Assembly (NCBI GenBank): GCA_937922235.1
Contig: CAKZVC010000027.1
Span: 11,968-75,967, forward strand
Source of the DNA: an uncultured Acidimicrobiales bacterium
GTDB taxonomy: Bacteria > Actinomycetota > Acidimicrobiia > Acidimicrobiales > SHLQ01
Length of the DNA stretch: 64,000 nt
Direction of reading: 5' to 3'
The translations under genes were made by a program, and so were the position numbers. Positions 1 through 9,364 of the stretch are shown here, piece by piece. The notes below the pieces were generated by a model. The model did no database searches and was not told the origin of the DNA. It worked only from the letters and a program-made list of their open reading frames with translations. Positions within the stretch are counted from its first letter, which is position 1; each line of letters starts with the position of its first letter.

Positions 1-1745
1 CCAATCATATTGCCGACGTAGATCGGGTCGTTGAGATCTGCGATGTCAACAAGCTGTTTCCAGTTCATGTTGTCAGGTTCCGAGAAGTCGACGAGCGGCT
101 TGTCGAGTTTCAGCTCAAAGTCAACCCGAGACGAACCTGCTTTCTCCAACAGAGCTGCGCTCGAGTTGGGACTCTGGAACTTGCTGAGCGACGCCGTCGA
201 CTTCGCCACCAATCCAGAGCCTGCTAACCCTACGGTAATCTCCGTTTCTGGCGGTTCGGGCACGAGGATCATCTTGTTGTAGAACTCGAAGAATCGCTGA
301 TCCGGGACCTCGTGGTCCCAGATGGCGTGCATGTACCAGAGGATGTTCTCCTTCACATGAATCCGCGCCTGGTCAATACGAATCTTCCAGTTCGCGTGCT
401 CGGCTGCGCCGCTCGCGAGCTCGGCCGTGGCGTTTGAGAAAGCATCCGTCGCCGCGACGAGACGGGCGGTCAGATCTTGCAGATCTGAGGAAACATATTC
501 CATCGATCGCTCGGCTGCTTCTTGCGCTGCAGCCCGGCTGGTCTCATCGTCAGTGCCTCCGAACAAGAACTCACCAACATTCTCAAAGAGTCCTTCCTTC
601 TCTCCCTTGGCAGTAATTGTCGTCGAAACCTGCTCTGTCACTTGTTCTTGAGCTTTCCGGAGCGCTTCAACCTGGAACGACAGTCGTCGAACGAGGTCGC
701 GGTGAACCTGCCAGCGATCGCGTAGGTAATCGAGAGCCACGACCTCACCGGCGTAGTCTTCCTCGAGATATTCCAGAACCTCGCCAAGGCCTGGCTCGAG
801 CAGCGCCTTCTTCAGAATCCAGGCGTGCGAGATGAGGAAGTCGACGTCTACCTCGTGTGGGGCGGGTATGTGGCGAGCAACAAAGACATACGGGATGACT
901 GAACGCAGTCGTTCGCTAATGCGGTACTGGCGCTGGAGCTCATAAAAAAGATACGTCACCGTGATCTCGTTGTTCGGGTTGCTAATGACCCCGGTCTGCG
1001 AGCGCTCCCGCGTGACCTCGGTTGTTGTCGAAACCTCCACAACCCGCTCCCGGCTGTATTCCGACGCCGCCTTCAACACTGCTTCCCGGAACGAGGACTG
1101 CGTTCTCGAAGTCTCGGTCGCAGCGCTGGTGCCGATCTTCGTACTCGCCGTCACGTCGACCACTTCGACAATCGAGAATTCGCCCGAAACCGTTGCGTCG
1201 AAAGACGAGTTGGTAGTGGCCTTCTGGAAGATCTTCTCTTCAGCTCGGGTGGTGGTCGTTCGTTCTGTCGATTGGCGGAAGTTGGTCTTGTACGAATTGC
1301 GTTCGGCTGCGGTCTGTTTCACCACTTGGCGACTTGTTATCTCGCGGCGCTCACCGGGTGCCAACGGTAGGGACGCAACGAGCTCCCCAGCCTGATACGG
1401 GCCCGGCACCCAGGTCTGTCGATGCGTGACCTTGAGCCCGAAATTGAACGAGTCAACCTCGAACACGTCAAAGGAGTAGACGTTCTTTTTTAGTCGATTT
1501 CTCAACTCTGAGACCTGCTGGCGCACCTCAGCCCAAGATGACACCGCGATAACGGCTCCCGAGCTATCGGCCGACTCTGCCCGGCGGGCTCGATCAAGCT
1601 CGGCTATCTCGGCCTCTAAGACCATCCGGGCAGAGTCCCAATCAACATTGCCTGAATAGTTAATAGAGCTGCCAAAGAGGAATTCTGTGACTTCATCGCC
1701 GATGGCGATTCCGGCCATTGCTGCGAGTGCTGGTGTGAAAATCAT
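1..1745 (-). CDS. Large uncharacterised protein, N-terminal part (at least 581 aa); CDS runs off the left edge of the window
   Basis: Absent from the ORF track because it has no stop in the window. My own minus-strand translation from ATG 1745-1743 (GGAGG at 1754-1750) reads MIFTPALAAMAGIAIGDEV... and stays open to position 1. Ser/Thr-rich middle and a segment NNEITVTYLFYELQRQYRISERL. No family recognised. Confidence 0.6.
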   Translation of the reverse strand, partial: MIFTPALAAMAGIAIGDEVTEFLFGSSINYSGNVDWDSARMVLEAEIAELDRARRAESADSSGAVIAVSSWAEVRQQVSELRNRLKKNVYSFDVFEVDSFNFGLKVTHRQTWVPGPYQAGELVASLPLAPGERREITSRQVVKQTAAERNSYKTNFRQSTERTTTTRAEEKIFQKATTNSSFDATVSGEFSIVEVVDVTASTKIGTSAATETSRTQSSFREAVLKAASEYSRERVVEVSTTTEVTRERSQTGVISNPNNEITVTYLFYELQRQYRISERLRSVIPYVFVARHIPAPHEVDVDFLISHAWILKKALLEPGLGEVLEYLEEDYAGEVVALDYLRDRWQVHRDLVRRLSFQVEALRKAQEQVTEQVSTTITAKGEKEGLFENVGEFLFGGTDDETSRAAAQEAAERSMEYVSSDLQDLTARLVAATDAFSNATAELASGAAEHANWKIRIDQARIHVKENILWYMHAIWDHEVPDQRFFEFYNKMILVPEPPETEITVGLAGSGLVAKSTASLSKFQSPNSSAALLEKAGSSRVDFELKLDKPLVDFSEPDNMNWKQLVDIADLNDPIYVGNMI

Positions 1746-1762
1746 GGTGCCTCCAAGTCGGC

Positions 1763-2398
1763 CTAGAACAGTCCTGAGAAGAAGTCGCCGACGTCTTCGA
1801 CTGCGCCTCCAACGAAGTCGATGGCGTCGTCGACAAACCCACCGGCCTCACCAAGAACGCTCTCAACCAAACCTTCCTTGTCGGCGTCTTGCGGTGCCGG
1901 GCGGCTCCGATACTCGAGACAGAAGTTAAAGAACCGTGCTCTCTCCGCTGTTCCGATCCAATTCCATAGCGCCGGAGACATTGTGGGGAAAACCGCCACG
2001 ACGAGCTCGTAGCTAGGATCCTCGACATTTTCGGCTTCGTTGGCTTCGCCTTCGATGTCGTCGAGTTGCCCTTCGAGATCCTCAACCCAGTTGACAAGTT
2101 CAGGGTCGTCAGCTTCATATCCGGCGAATCGCCGCACCCGTCCGAGGGTGGTGTGCAGGTTAGCTACGTCTCGTATGAACTCTTTATCGTAGACTTCGCT
2201 CCAAACTGATTCGAACGCGAACTCGATGTGATGAAAGTCGTGAAAGGCAGTCTGGTCTGCGGGCCCAAGGGGGGCCTCTAACCGAGAGACACGTGTCCCG
2301 ATATCCTCGATCTCTTGCCCGGGAAGCGCAGCTGCAGACTCGAGACGAGCAAGCACGGCTTCGGTTGCGGCACCAACCTGTGGATTTACCTCTGTCAT
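1763..2398 (-). CDS. Hypothetical acidic protein (211 aa)
   Basis: ORF track. Starts 2 nt after the stop of the upstream ORF and ends 17 nt before the next start. Segment FHDFHHIEFAFESVWSEVY. No family recognised. Confidence 0.55.
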   Translation of the reverse strand: MTEVNPQVGAATEAVLARLESAAALPGQEIEDIGTRVSRLEAPLGPADQTAFHDFHHIEFAFESVWSEVYDKEFIRDVANLHTTLGRVRRFAGYEADDPELVNWVEDLEGQLDDIEGEANEAENVEDPSYELVVAVFPTMSPALWNWIGTAERARFFNFCLEYRSRPAPQDADKEGLVESVLGEAGGFVDDAIDFVGGAVEDVGDFFSGLF

Positions 2399-2400
2399 GC

Positions 2401-3687
2401 CTACCCCTGTTCCTCGGTTGACTCGATGCAGTCGTTCAATCTCTCCAGCAGCGTCTTCGGCACCTCTCTTCGCCTCGGGGCGACGTGGAATCGGTCGGCG
2501 AGCTCGGCAAAGAGCTCAGCTGCCGGGACGGTGAATGTTCCGTTGCGTTCTTTGGCTCCAGGGATTTTGAGCAGATCTGCGGGATCAAATCGCAGTCGGA
2601 GATCACCTCTGCCGCCTGGCTCCAGCTTGTCGATCCCCGCCCGAACCGCATCGAGCTGAGCGAGATACCTACCCTGTTCGCGTTCGTCTGTTGACAACGT
2701 CGGATCAACGAACCTTGGATTCTCAAAGCGATACTTGGGCGACCGGCGAGACGGAGTGAACCGCTCGGCCGGCGTTCCCTTGAGAATCTTGTCTCTACGA
2801 TCGAGTTGCTCTTTAACCGCGGCTGATTCCTTCGGCTGAATCTGCAGGAACGGCTTCCTAACCAGTTCGTCTCGGAACCCGGTGATTGACGCTGCGCCTC
2901 GAGCGAACTGCTCCCCGGCCTGTGCTCCGGCTTCGACCGGATCGTTCGGCCGCTCAGGACGATCGGGCCTATTCAGTCGGGGCAGCTCGATACCTATCGA
3001 CAGTGTCTGGCCCGGCGAAAGTTTGAGCACTTCGTGGCGATAGAGCACACCTTCACTCTCCTGGCCCTCTTTCTGGGGGCCAGCGAGCACGACTCGCCCG
3101 AGCACCGAGTCCTTTATCCCAACTTCGAGAACGAAGGTCCCGTCCTTGCGCACGAACGACGAGGCGGCCACGTGCCCCTCTCCGCCTTCATCGACCCGAA
3201 ACTGAGCCGTCGCGCCGCGCCGTATTCGTCCGCTCGTTATGACGCCAAGAATGCGCCCTTTCCAGGCGTGTTCTGGGTTCGGGTGTAAAGTTTGATCGCC
3301 ATCGGAGTCGTAAGCATCGGGTTCGTCCCCCTCCCCTTGAGCCGGCCGATCCTGCCCAAGAGGAACCTCGATAACGAGCTCCTTGCCGATGTCGCCGGCG
3401 AGCACTGGTCCATAGACCTCGAGAACCCGCTGTCGGTTTGGTGTGCGAACAATGACTCCGACGTACCGATCATCGGCCACGTCTGGAAGGAGCACCTCAA
3501 AAGTCCCGTCGCGGCCGGTAACGGTTCGTCGGAGGTTCTTGCTCTTGACAAGCTCTCGCTTGGTGAGCCTCCCATCGCCAGCATCAACGATTTGCACATT
3601 GATATCTTCGAGGGGATATCTACCCTCGAAAACAATACGGCCGAAGAACTCCATAGCCACTGCCCCCGCACTTACCGCGGCCCCCAC
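2401..3687 (-). CDS. Hypothetical protein with two carboxypeptidase-regulatory-like (beta-sandwich) looking segments (428 aa)
   Basis: ORF track. Segments FGRIVFEG...TGRDGTFEVLLP and GRILGVITSG...VRKDGTFVLEV look like CarboxypepD_reg-type modules. Start may instead be the internal Met at about 3654. Confidence 0.55.
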   Translation of the reverse strand: MGAAVSAGAVAMEFFGRIVFEGRYPLEDINVQIVDAGDGRLTKRELVKSKNLRRTVTGRDGTFEVLLPDVADDRYVGVIVRTPNRQRVLEVYGPVLAGDIGKELVIEVPLGQDRPAQGEGDEPDAYDSDGDQTLHPNPEHAWKGRILGVITSGRIRRGATAQFRVDEGGEGHVAASSFVRKDGTFVLEVGIKDSVLGRVVLAGPQKEGQESEGVLYRHEVLKLSPGQTLSIGIELPRLNRPDRPERPNDPVEAGAQAGEQFARGAASITGFRDELVRKPFLQIQPKESAAVKEQLDRRDKILKGTPAERFTPSRRSPKYRFENPRFVDPTLSTDEREQGRYLAQLDAVRAGIDKLEPGGRGDLRLRFDPADLLKIPGAKERNGTFTVPAAELFAELADRFHVAPRRREVPKTLLERLNDCIESTEEQG

Positions 3688-3780
3688 CGAGCCGCTTACC
3701 CAGGTCTAGCTCGAAAGCACTAGCGCACGCAACCAGTTTTCGATCGCCTACGACTGCTCGGCATCCATTGACAGCGAGCT

Positions 3781-4380
3781 CTATGAGAACGAAGCGAGCA
3801 GCCGCTCGTAGTCTTCCCAGGTGTCTACGTCGAGGGGCACGTGCGCGTCGACCGTGGCGTGTGCCGTCGAGAATCGCCCCGACTCGAGCAGCTTCCACAC
3901 GGCCTTGTCGCCGTGGAGGTCGCCGAGCGGACCGAAGACTGACCGGGCAAACCAGAACGGGTGGCCGGTCTCGTCGGTGTAATCGATGACAGCAATCTCC
4001 GAAGTCGCCGCCACTTCCTTGAGCGCATCGACAGCGAGTTGTGGCACCTCGGGTTGATCGCCAAGGAACAGAAAGAACCCGTCGGACTCATCGTCGATCT
4101 GGTCGAGCGCCGACACGATCGAAGACGAGCAACCGTCGGTGTGATGCAGGCTGTCGACCACCTCAACTCTCGAGAGATCGACGGTGTCACGAACTTCCGG
4201 AGCCGCACCTCCGAGCGTGACGAGCGTCTGGGCAAAGCCGAAGCTGAGCACCTTGGAGATCGTGGCGTCAAGCAGCGTTGCGCCGCGGTATTCGAGCAAC
4301 TGCTTGGGTTGACCGAGCCGACGCGACGACCCTGCGGCCAAGACCAGAGCGGAGATGCGTAGTTCGGGTTCGACAGGCAT
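3781..4380 (-). CDS. MobA/MocA-like nucleotidyltransferase (molybdenum cofactor cytidylyl/guanylyl-transferase family)
   Basis: N-terminal LVLAAGSSRRLGQPKQLL motif typical of the MobA-like NTP transferase fold. Lies next to XdhC and cox maturation genes. Confidence 0.8.
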   Translation of the reverse strand: MPVEPELRISALVLAAGSSRRLGQPKQLLEYRGATLLDATISKVLSFGFAQTLVTLGGAAPEVRDTVDLSRVEVVDSLHHTDGCSSSIVSALDQIDDESDGFFLFLGDQPEVPQLAVDALKEVAATSEIAVIDYTDETGHPFWFARSVFGPLGDLHGDKAVWKLLESGRFSTAHATVDAHVPLDVDTWEDYERLLASFS

Positions 4381-4410
4381 GAAACGACTGTACCGAACTA
4401 CGGTGACGGC

Positions 4411-5283
4411 GTGTACGGGATTGCGTTGTCAGTGTCAGCTTGTCTACGTGGAGGGACCCGGGTCGACGTGGCCTGGTGCCTCGACCCCGAGCTGACGCCG
4501 GGGTTCGACCCCACCGATGCTGTGGCGATCACGCCCGGCGGAGGCCGCCTCGGGTCGCTGTTGGGCGGTGCAATCGACAGCCGCTTGATCGAGCTCTCGT
4601 TGATCGAGGCGACGGAAGGTCGCGTCGAGACCATAGAGCTTGATGAGCTCGAGGCCGGAGCCATCGGCGTCGCCCCGGGCACCACCATCCGCATCTTCTT
4701 CGGCCCGGCCAACATCTTCCCTGAGGAGCTCTGGGGCCAGCTGCTCGACCGTCAGCCGGTGACGATCGATATCGCCCTTGCCGATGGCCGCTCAAGCGAC
4801 GTGACGCTGGGTGAGCAACCGGCGAAGACCAACACCACCGTCGCCGACGATCGCGTGCTCTGCGAATGGAGCCCGACCGCGACGATGGTCGTCTTCGGAG
4901 GTGGGCCCATGGCCCAAGCGCTCGGTCAGGCCGCTCAGTTTGTCGGCCTGAACACCGAAGTCACCGGGAGCACCGAGGCAGCGGTTGCGCTCGCCACGTC
5001 GCTCTCGCCCATCGACGGGATCGTCGTCATGGGCCACAACACCGAAGACGTTGGCCGAGTGTTGCAGACTGCGCTGGTTTCCGGTGCCGGATACATCGGG
5101 TCGATCGGGCCGTCGGCGCTGCAAGAAGACCGAGGCGATTGGCTGGCCTACCGAGGCGTTACCGACACCAGCCGCGTCCACGGACCTGCCGGGTTCCCGA
5201 TCGGGGCAAGCTCTCCTGAAGAGGTGGCTCTGTCGGTCATCGTCGAGATGATCGCCGTACGAAATGGTGCCCACTCCGGCTGA
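4411..5283 (+). CDS. XdhC/CoxI family molybdoenzyme maturation protein
   Basis: 290 aa. Has the XdhC N-terminal segment and a Rossmann-like segment VVFGGGPMAQALGQAAQFVGLNTEV. GTG start. Confidence 0.8.
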   Translation: MYGIALSVSACLRGGTRVDVAWCLDPELTPGFDPTDAVAITPGGGRLGSLLGGAIDSRLIELSLIEATEGRVETIELDELEAGAIGVAPGTTIRIFFGPANIFPEELWGQLLDRQPVTIDIALADGRSSDVTLGEQPAKTNTTVADDRVLCEWSPTATMVVFGGGPMAQALGQAAQFVGLNTEVTGSTEAAVALATSLSPIDGIVVMGHNTEDVGRVLQTALVSGAGYIGSIGPSALQEDRGDWLAYRGVTDTSRVHGPAGFPIGASSPEEVALSVIVEMIAVRNGAHSG

Positions 5284-5345
5284 TTCGCTGCGGGTCTGCT
5301 GCGCTACCCTTACGAGTGGCCACCGTCACACCGAGAGGAACCTCG

Positions 5346-5680
5346 TGACCGACACCAATGAACCTGATGCCTTCACCGCTGGCAAGGTTGGCGACATTCC
5401 AAACGTCAACTACGGCACTGTGGTGAGCGAGGCCGTACTCGACAACGTCTGGAACAACGCCGAAGAGGCAAACATCGACGCTGATTGCAGCCCCACGAAG
5501 GTCTGCCGCAATGCACGCGAGTTCACGTTCGACGGTATTGCTGAAGATGGCGAAGACCTCGGCTCGTCATGGCGCAACTTGCTCGCTCGTGAGGGCAAGC
5601 TCTCGACGTCTGAAGCAGCGCCTTCGGTGCGAGACCTTTTGTTCGGTGACAGCGACACTCCCCCAGCGCCGACAGAGTGA
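5346..5680 (+). CDS. Hypothetical acidic protein (about 111 aa), translationally coupled to the coxD-like gene
   Basis: The track ORF 5264-5680 overlaps the xdhC end. GTG at 5346 preceded by GAGAGGA is the likelier start. Its stop overlaps the next start (GTGA at 5677-5680). Confidence 0.4.
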
Positions 5681-6567
5681 GCGACGCAGCGTTCGAAACG
5701 CCGGCCAGCGTCGGTGACCTGCAAGAGCAGCTCCGCGGCGTCGGCTACCTCGCCGACCGCGGCCTCGGCACAGCTGCACTGATCGCTCTGCGCCTCGGCC
5801 GTCCGCTCTTGCTCGAAGGCGAAGTAGGGGTTGGCAAGACTGAGCTCGCCAAATGCCTTGCCCAGCTGACCGGACGAGAGCTCATTCGATTGCAGTGCTA
5901 CGAAGGCATCGACACCCACCAGGCGCTCTATGAGTGGGACTATGCCCGCCAGATGCTGCACGTGCGAGCATTGTCCGAGCACGAGCTGGCTGACGCCCAA
6001 ACCATCGGCGGCCTGTACGCCGAAGAGTTCCTGCTCGAACGACCCCTTCTTCAGGCCATCCGTTCCGGCAGTAACGCGGTGCTCCTGATCGACGAGATCG
6101 ACCGTGCCGACGATGAATTCGAAGCGTTTCTGCTCGAGCTGTTGTCCGACTTCCAGATCACGATCCCCGAGGTCGGCACCGTTGCAGCAGCGGGCCGCCC
6201 GATCGTCATCCTCACGTCGAACCGAACCCGCGAGCTTCACGACGCGTTGAAGCGACGCTGTCTGTATCACTGGATTGGCTACCCAACGGCTGCCGAAGAG
6301 ACCGACATCGTTCGTGTTCGAGCACCTGAGGTAACCGAGGCCTTGGCCCAGAAGGTTGTGGCCGCTGTGCATCGTCTACGAGATATGGACTTGGCCAAGC
6401 CGCCAGGCGTGGCCGAGACCCTCGACTGGGTCGAATCGCTCGGCGCTATCGGCGCCGACGAGCTCACCGGCGAATCCGCCACCGACACCCTTGGCGCAGT
6501 CGTCAAAGATCGTGACGATCTCGAGCTCGTGTCTTCCGACATCGGCCGAGTCGTCCCCGGCGCCTAG
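5677..6567 (+). CDS. coxD: MoxR-type AAA+ ATPase (CoxD-like)
   Basis: Walker A LLEGEVGVGKTELAK and Walker B LLIDEIDRA. Size (296 aa) and synteny with a VWA CoxE-like gene fit. Confidence 0.85.
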   Translation: MSDAAFETPASVGDLQEQLRGVGYLADRGLGTAALIALRLGRPLLLEGEVGVGKTELAKCLAQLTGRELIRLQCYEGIDTHQALYEWDYARQMLHVRALSEHELADAQTIGGLYAEEFLLERPLLQAIRSGSNAVLLIDEIDRADDEFEAFLLELLSDFQITIPEVGTVAAAGRPIVILTSNRTRELHDALKRRCLYHWIGYPTAAEETDIVRVRAPEVTEALAQKVVAAVHRLRDMDLAKPPGVAETLDWVESLGAIGADELTGESATDTLGAVVKDRDDLELVSSDIGRVVPGA

Positions 6568-6573
6568 CGGCGC

Positions 6574-6872
6574 TCAGGCAACGAGCGCAGTGACTACCGC
6601 TACGACATTGAACGCCATGCCTCGCATGTACATCCGGTTGAGGTCAACCCGAAGCTGTGCCATCTCGCTTCGCAACTCGCCGCGGAGGTCTGCCATCTCG
6701 CCACGGAGTTCGGCAGCAAGCCCTGACCCGAACGTGTGCATGTCGGCTCTCGTGACCAACTCGTCTGCAGGTTGTGAAGGAAGCAGTTCCATAAGGTTCT
6801 CGGCAGGTTCGGACCCCAGTGCCTGTTCCAGATGGTTGAACAGGTTTCGGCGGTCGCGTTCGGTGATGGCCA
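6574..6872 (-). CDS. Small coiled-coil protein with C-terminal membrane anchor (about 99 aa)
   Basis: The track ORF 6574-7239 is too long because it overlaps coxE. Internal ATG at 6872 gives MAITERDRRNLFNHLEQ..., a heptad-like region and a hydrophobic C-terminus AFNVVAVVTALVA. Confidence 0.45.
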
Positions 6873-6942
6873 TGATCAGTGTCTCATTTTCAGATGTTGT
6901 TCGTCGAGGGGGAACATTCATGGCTGTCCCGCGAGCACTGCC

Positions 6943-8088
6943 ATGACAGTAGCTATGGGGTCTGACACCGGCAGCAGCATCGTCGACCGGTTGGTCGATT
7001 TCGGAGCCGCGCTGCGCGACGTGGGCTTGCCCATCGGCACTGATGATGTGCTCGCCTTCTGCGCGGCTGTGGCCGAGCTGTCGCCGTCCGATTCCGAAGA
7101 CGTCTACTGGTGCGGCCGGGCAACGCTGGTGAACCGGCGCGACCACATTCCTGTCTACGACGAGGTGTTCCGCAATTTCTTCTTGCGCCCCGCGCCGAAT
7201 GCTGAGCGCAAGAAGACGAAGGAACGCAAGGCTCCCCAAGGATCAACCGGCACGATCAACGTGCCCGATGCCGAGCCAGGCGAACGCGAAGCCGAAGAGC
7301 CACCGCTAGTGCTCGGACTGCAGGCATCGTCGCTCGAGATCGAACGCAAGAAGCGGTTCTCGGCCTGCTCCGAAGCTGAGCTCGCAGCGGTGCGGCGCAT
7401 GATTGCCAAGATCCGCGTCGACCCACCGAAGCGTCGCACCCGCCGGTACGCGCCAGACCCGTCCGGAGGTCAGCTCGATATGCGCCGCATGGCCAGGCGT
7501 GCGATGACCATGAACGACAACGCTCCCGACCTGCTCCGCATGGATCGCAAAGAGAAGGCCCGGCCGCTCATCTTGTTGCTTGACATCTCGGGGTCGATGG
7601 CCGACCACTCTCGGAACCTGCTGCAGTTCGCCTATTCGATGCGTCGAGCAGCCCAGAAGGTCGAAGTGTTCTGCTTCGGCACCAGCCTGACCCGCATTAC
7701 TCCCCTACTCGACCGCCGCAACCCCGATGCCGCAATGCGCCTAGCGTCTGAGCGGGTTCTCGACTGGGATGGCGGAACCCGCATCGGTGATTCGGTTGAG
7801 ACGTTCATCAAGGACTGGGGTCGCCGTGGTCTGAGCCGTGGCGCCACGGTGATCATCTGCTCGGATGGGCTCGACCGTGGTAGCCCGGCCACGTTGTCGG
7901 AGGCCATGGAGAAGCTCGAACGACTGTCGCATCGCATCGTGTGGATGAACCCGATGTACGACCAAGACACCGGCGCCCCACCAACCCTTGCGATGTCGGT
8001 TTGTGGGCCACACATCGACGAGTACGCGTCGGGCAACAACCTCGAGAGCCTCGAAGCATTTGCGGCGATGCTCCCAAAGATCGGATGA
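6943..8088 (+). CDS. coxE: VWA domain protein (CoxE-like)
   Basis: MIDAS-type LLLDISGSM motif. C-terminal half is typical of the CoxE/VWA_CoxE family. Start taken at MTVAMGSD (6943) instead of 6832. Confidence 0.8.
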   Translation: MTVAMGSDTGSSIVDRLVDFGAALRDVGLPIGTDDVLAFCAAVAELSPSDSEDVYWCGRATLVNRRDHIPVYDEVFRNFFLRPAPNAERKKTKERKAPQGSTGTINVPDAEPGEREAEEPPLVLGLQASSLEIERKKRFSACSEAELAAVRRMIAKIRVDPPKRRTRRYAPDPSGGQLDMRRMARRAMTMNDNAPDLLRMDRKEKARPLILLLDISGSMADHSRNLLQFAYSMRRAAQKVEVFCFGTSLTRITPLLDRRNPDAAMRLASERVLDWDGGTRIGDSVETFIKDWGRRGLSRGATVIICSDGLDRGSPATLSEAMEKLERLSHRIVWMNPMYDQDTGAPPTLAMSVCGPHIDEYASGNNLESLEAFAAMLPKIG

Positions 8089-8095
8089 TGAACCT

Positions 8096-8461
8096 ATGAC
8101 TGGGCCAATGATCCCCGAGCCCGAAGGGCGAGCAATGATCCCCGAGCCCGGAGGGCGAGCAATGTTGAAGTGGAGCGTGTCGATCAAGGCCGAAGGCGAT
8201 CGACCAATGGAGCTCGAAGAGATCGTCGAGCTCGCTGACGCAGTCGCTCCACTGGGAGGCGTGGCATCGGGTGTCGGCGCAATGAGCTACGGCGCACAGA
8301 TCGTGGTCGAGGCCGAGAGCTCCGACCAGGCCGTCGAGGTGGCGATCCCACTGTTCGAGAAGGCCGTTGTCACAGCAGGCATTCCGCCGTGGCCGGTCAC
8401 CAAGGCCGAGGTCATTGGCGAAGACGAGGGTTTCGTCGACGACGACGGCATCCCCACATGA
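8096..8461 (+). CDS. Hypothetical small protein; the 5' end contains a 27-bp in-frame tandem duplication
   Basis: ORF track frame. Candidate ATGs at 8096, 8108, 8135 and 8162. The true start may be 8162 (MLKWSVSIKAEGD...) behind GGAGGG. Confidence 0.45.
   Translation: MTGPMIPEPEGRAMIPEPGGRAMLKWSVSIKAEGDRPMELEEIVELADAVAPLGGVASGVGAMSYGAQIVVEAESSDQAVEVAIPLFEKAVVTAGIPPWPVTKAEVIGEDEGFVDDDGIPT
8108..8161. repeat. 27-bp perfect-but-one tandem duplication (2 units)
   Basis: atgatccccgagcccgaagggcgagca / atgatccccgagcccggagggcgagca read directly from the sequence. Confidence 0.9.
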
Positions 8462-8898
8462 TCCGCCTCGGCTCGCTTGCCGGCTATCCGTTCGAAGGTC
8501 CTCGCGTTCTCGGCGGGTGGCAGCCGCCCGAAACTGCCGCCGTCTACGTGATCCTCTACCGGGCTGACCCTGAAGGGAAGCCGCACGACTTTGCCGTCAT
8601 CGACGTCGATCACGCAGACAATCTGAAGGACGCAAAGCTGCCGTTTGGGCACCCGCGCTCGAAATGCTGGGAACGACGGGCCGGCACCAAGTGGGGCGTA
8701 CACATCGCCACCTACGAAGTGCCTGGCGGAACCACAGCGCACCGCGAGCAGATCGTCAAGGAGCTGCTAGCGGTCTACAAGCCCGGTTGCTCGCCGGATC
8801 AGTACGACCAGGCGTGGGATGACGACTGGATTCAGACCTACGACGCCCACAACACCACCGGCCCGCTCACCACCAACCGCGATCCGAACGAGACTTAG
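8458..8898 (+). CDS. Hypothetical protein (146 aa)
   Basis: ATGA overlap with the preceding ORF (8458-8461). MIRLGSLAGYPFEGPRVLGG... No family recognised. Confidence 0.5.
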   Translation: MIRLGSLAGYPFEGPRVLGGWQPPETAAVYVILYRADPEGKPHDFAVIDVDHADNLKDAKLPFGHPRSKCWERRAGTKWGVHIATYEVPGGTTAHREQIVKELLAVYKPGCSPDQYDQAWDDDWIQTYDAHNTTGPLTTNRDPNET

Positions 8899-9269
8899 CC
8901 GTCGAGCTCGGGCGGTGCGTGAGTGAAGAAGCCGTCGATTCGCTCGATCAGCCCAGCCTCGTTGAGCGTGGTCACGTCCATGCCCCGGACGATTACCTTG
9001 CTGCGGTACAGGATCTCCCACAGGTACCGGTGCCTCCGGTTCTGCAGGTCAAAGCCACTCGCCCGGCGATAGATGGCGTTCGGGATCTTCTCCTTAACTT
9101 CGATGGCCATGGCGACGAGCTCGGCGTGGCCGACCTTGTAGGCGTTCGGGTCGGCGAAGATCACGTCGTCGGAACAACACGTTTGGATGAGAGGCAGGAG
9201 TGCCTCGTGATCGGGCTCGTTCCACATCTTCCAGTAGGTCTCGAGCACTGAGGGGAAGTCATTCGACAT
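8895..9269 (-). CDS. NTF2-like / SnoaL-like small protein
   Basis: 124 aa. N-terminal ETYWKMWNEPD... pattern typical of SnoaL-like polyketide-cyclase fold proteins. Confidence 0.6.
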   Translation of the reverse strand: MSNDFPSVLETYWKMWNEPDHEALLPLIQTCCSDDVIFADPNAYKVGHAELVAMAIEVKEKIPNAIYRRASGFDLQNRRHRYLWEILYRSKVIVRGMDVTTLNEAGLIERIDGFFTHAPPELDG

Positions 9270-9364
9270 ACGGCGACGTTAGCCGAGGATCCGTTTTTCG
9301 ATGGCGTGGAAACCGTTGTCGCGGTAGGTTCCGGACTACCGGCCCCGCAACGAGGAGGAATCCC

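Noticed and set aside
6873-7239. N-terminal extension of the minus-strand ORF 6574-7239 (221 aa).
   Set aside because: The extension overlaps the 5' third of the coxE-like gene and is Arg/Ala-rich. The internal ATG at 6872 gives a compact protein that fits the intergenic gap.
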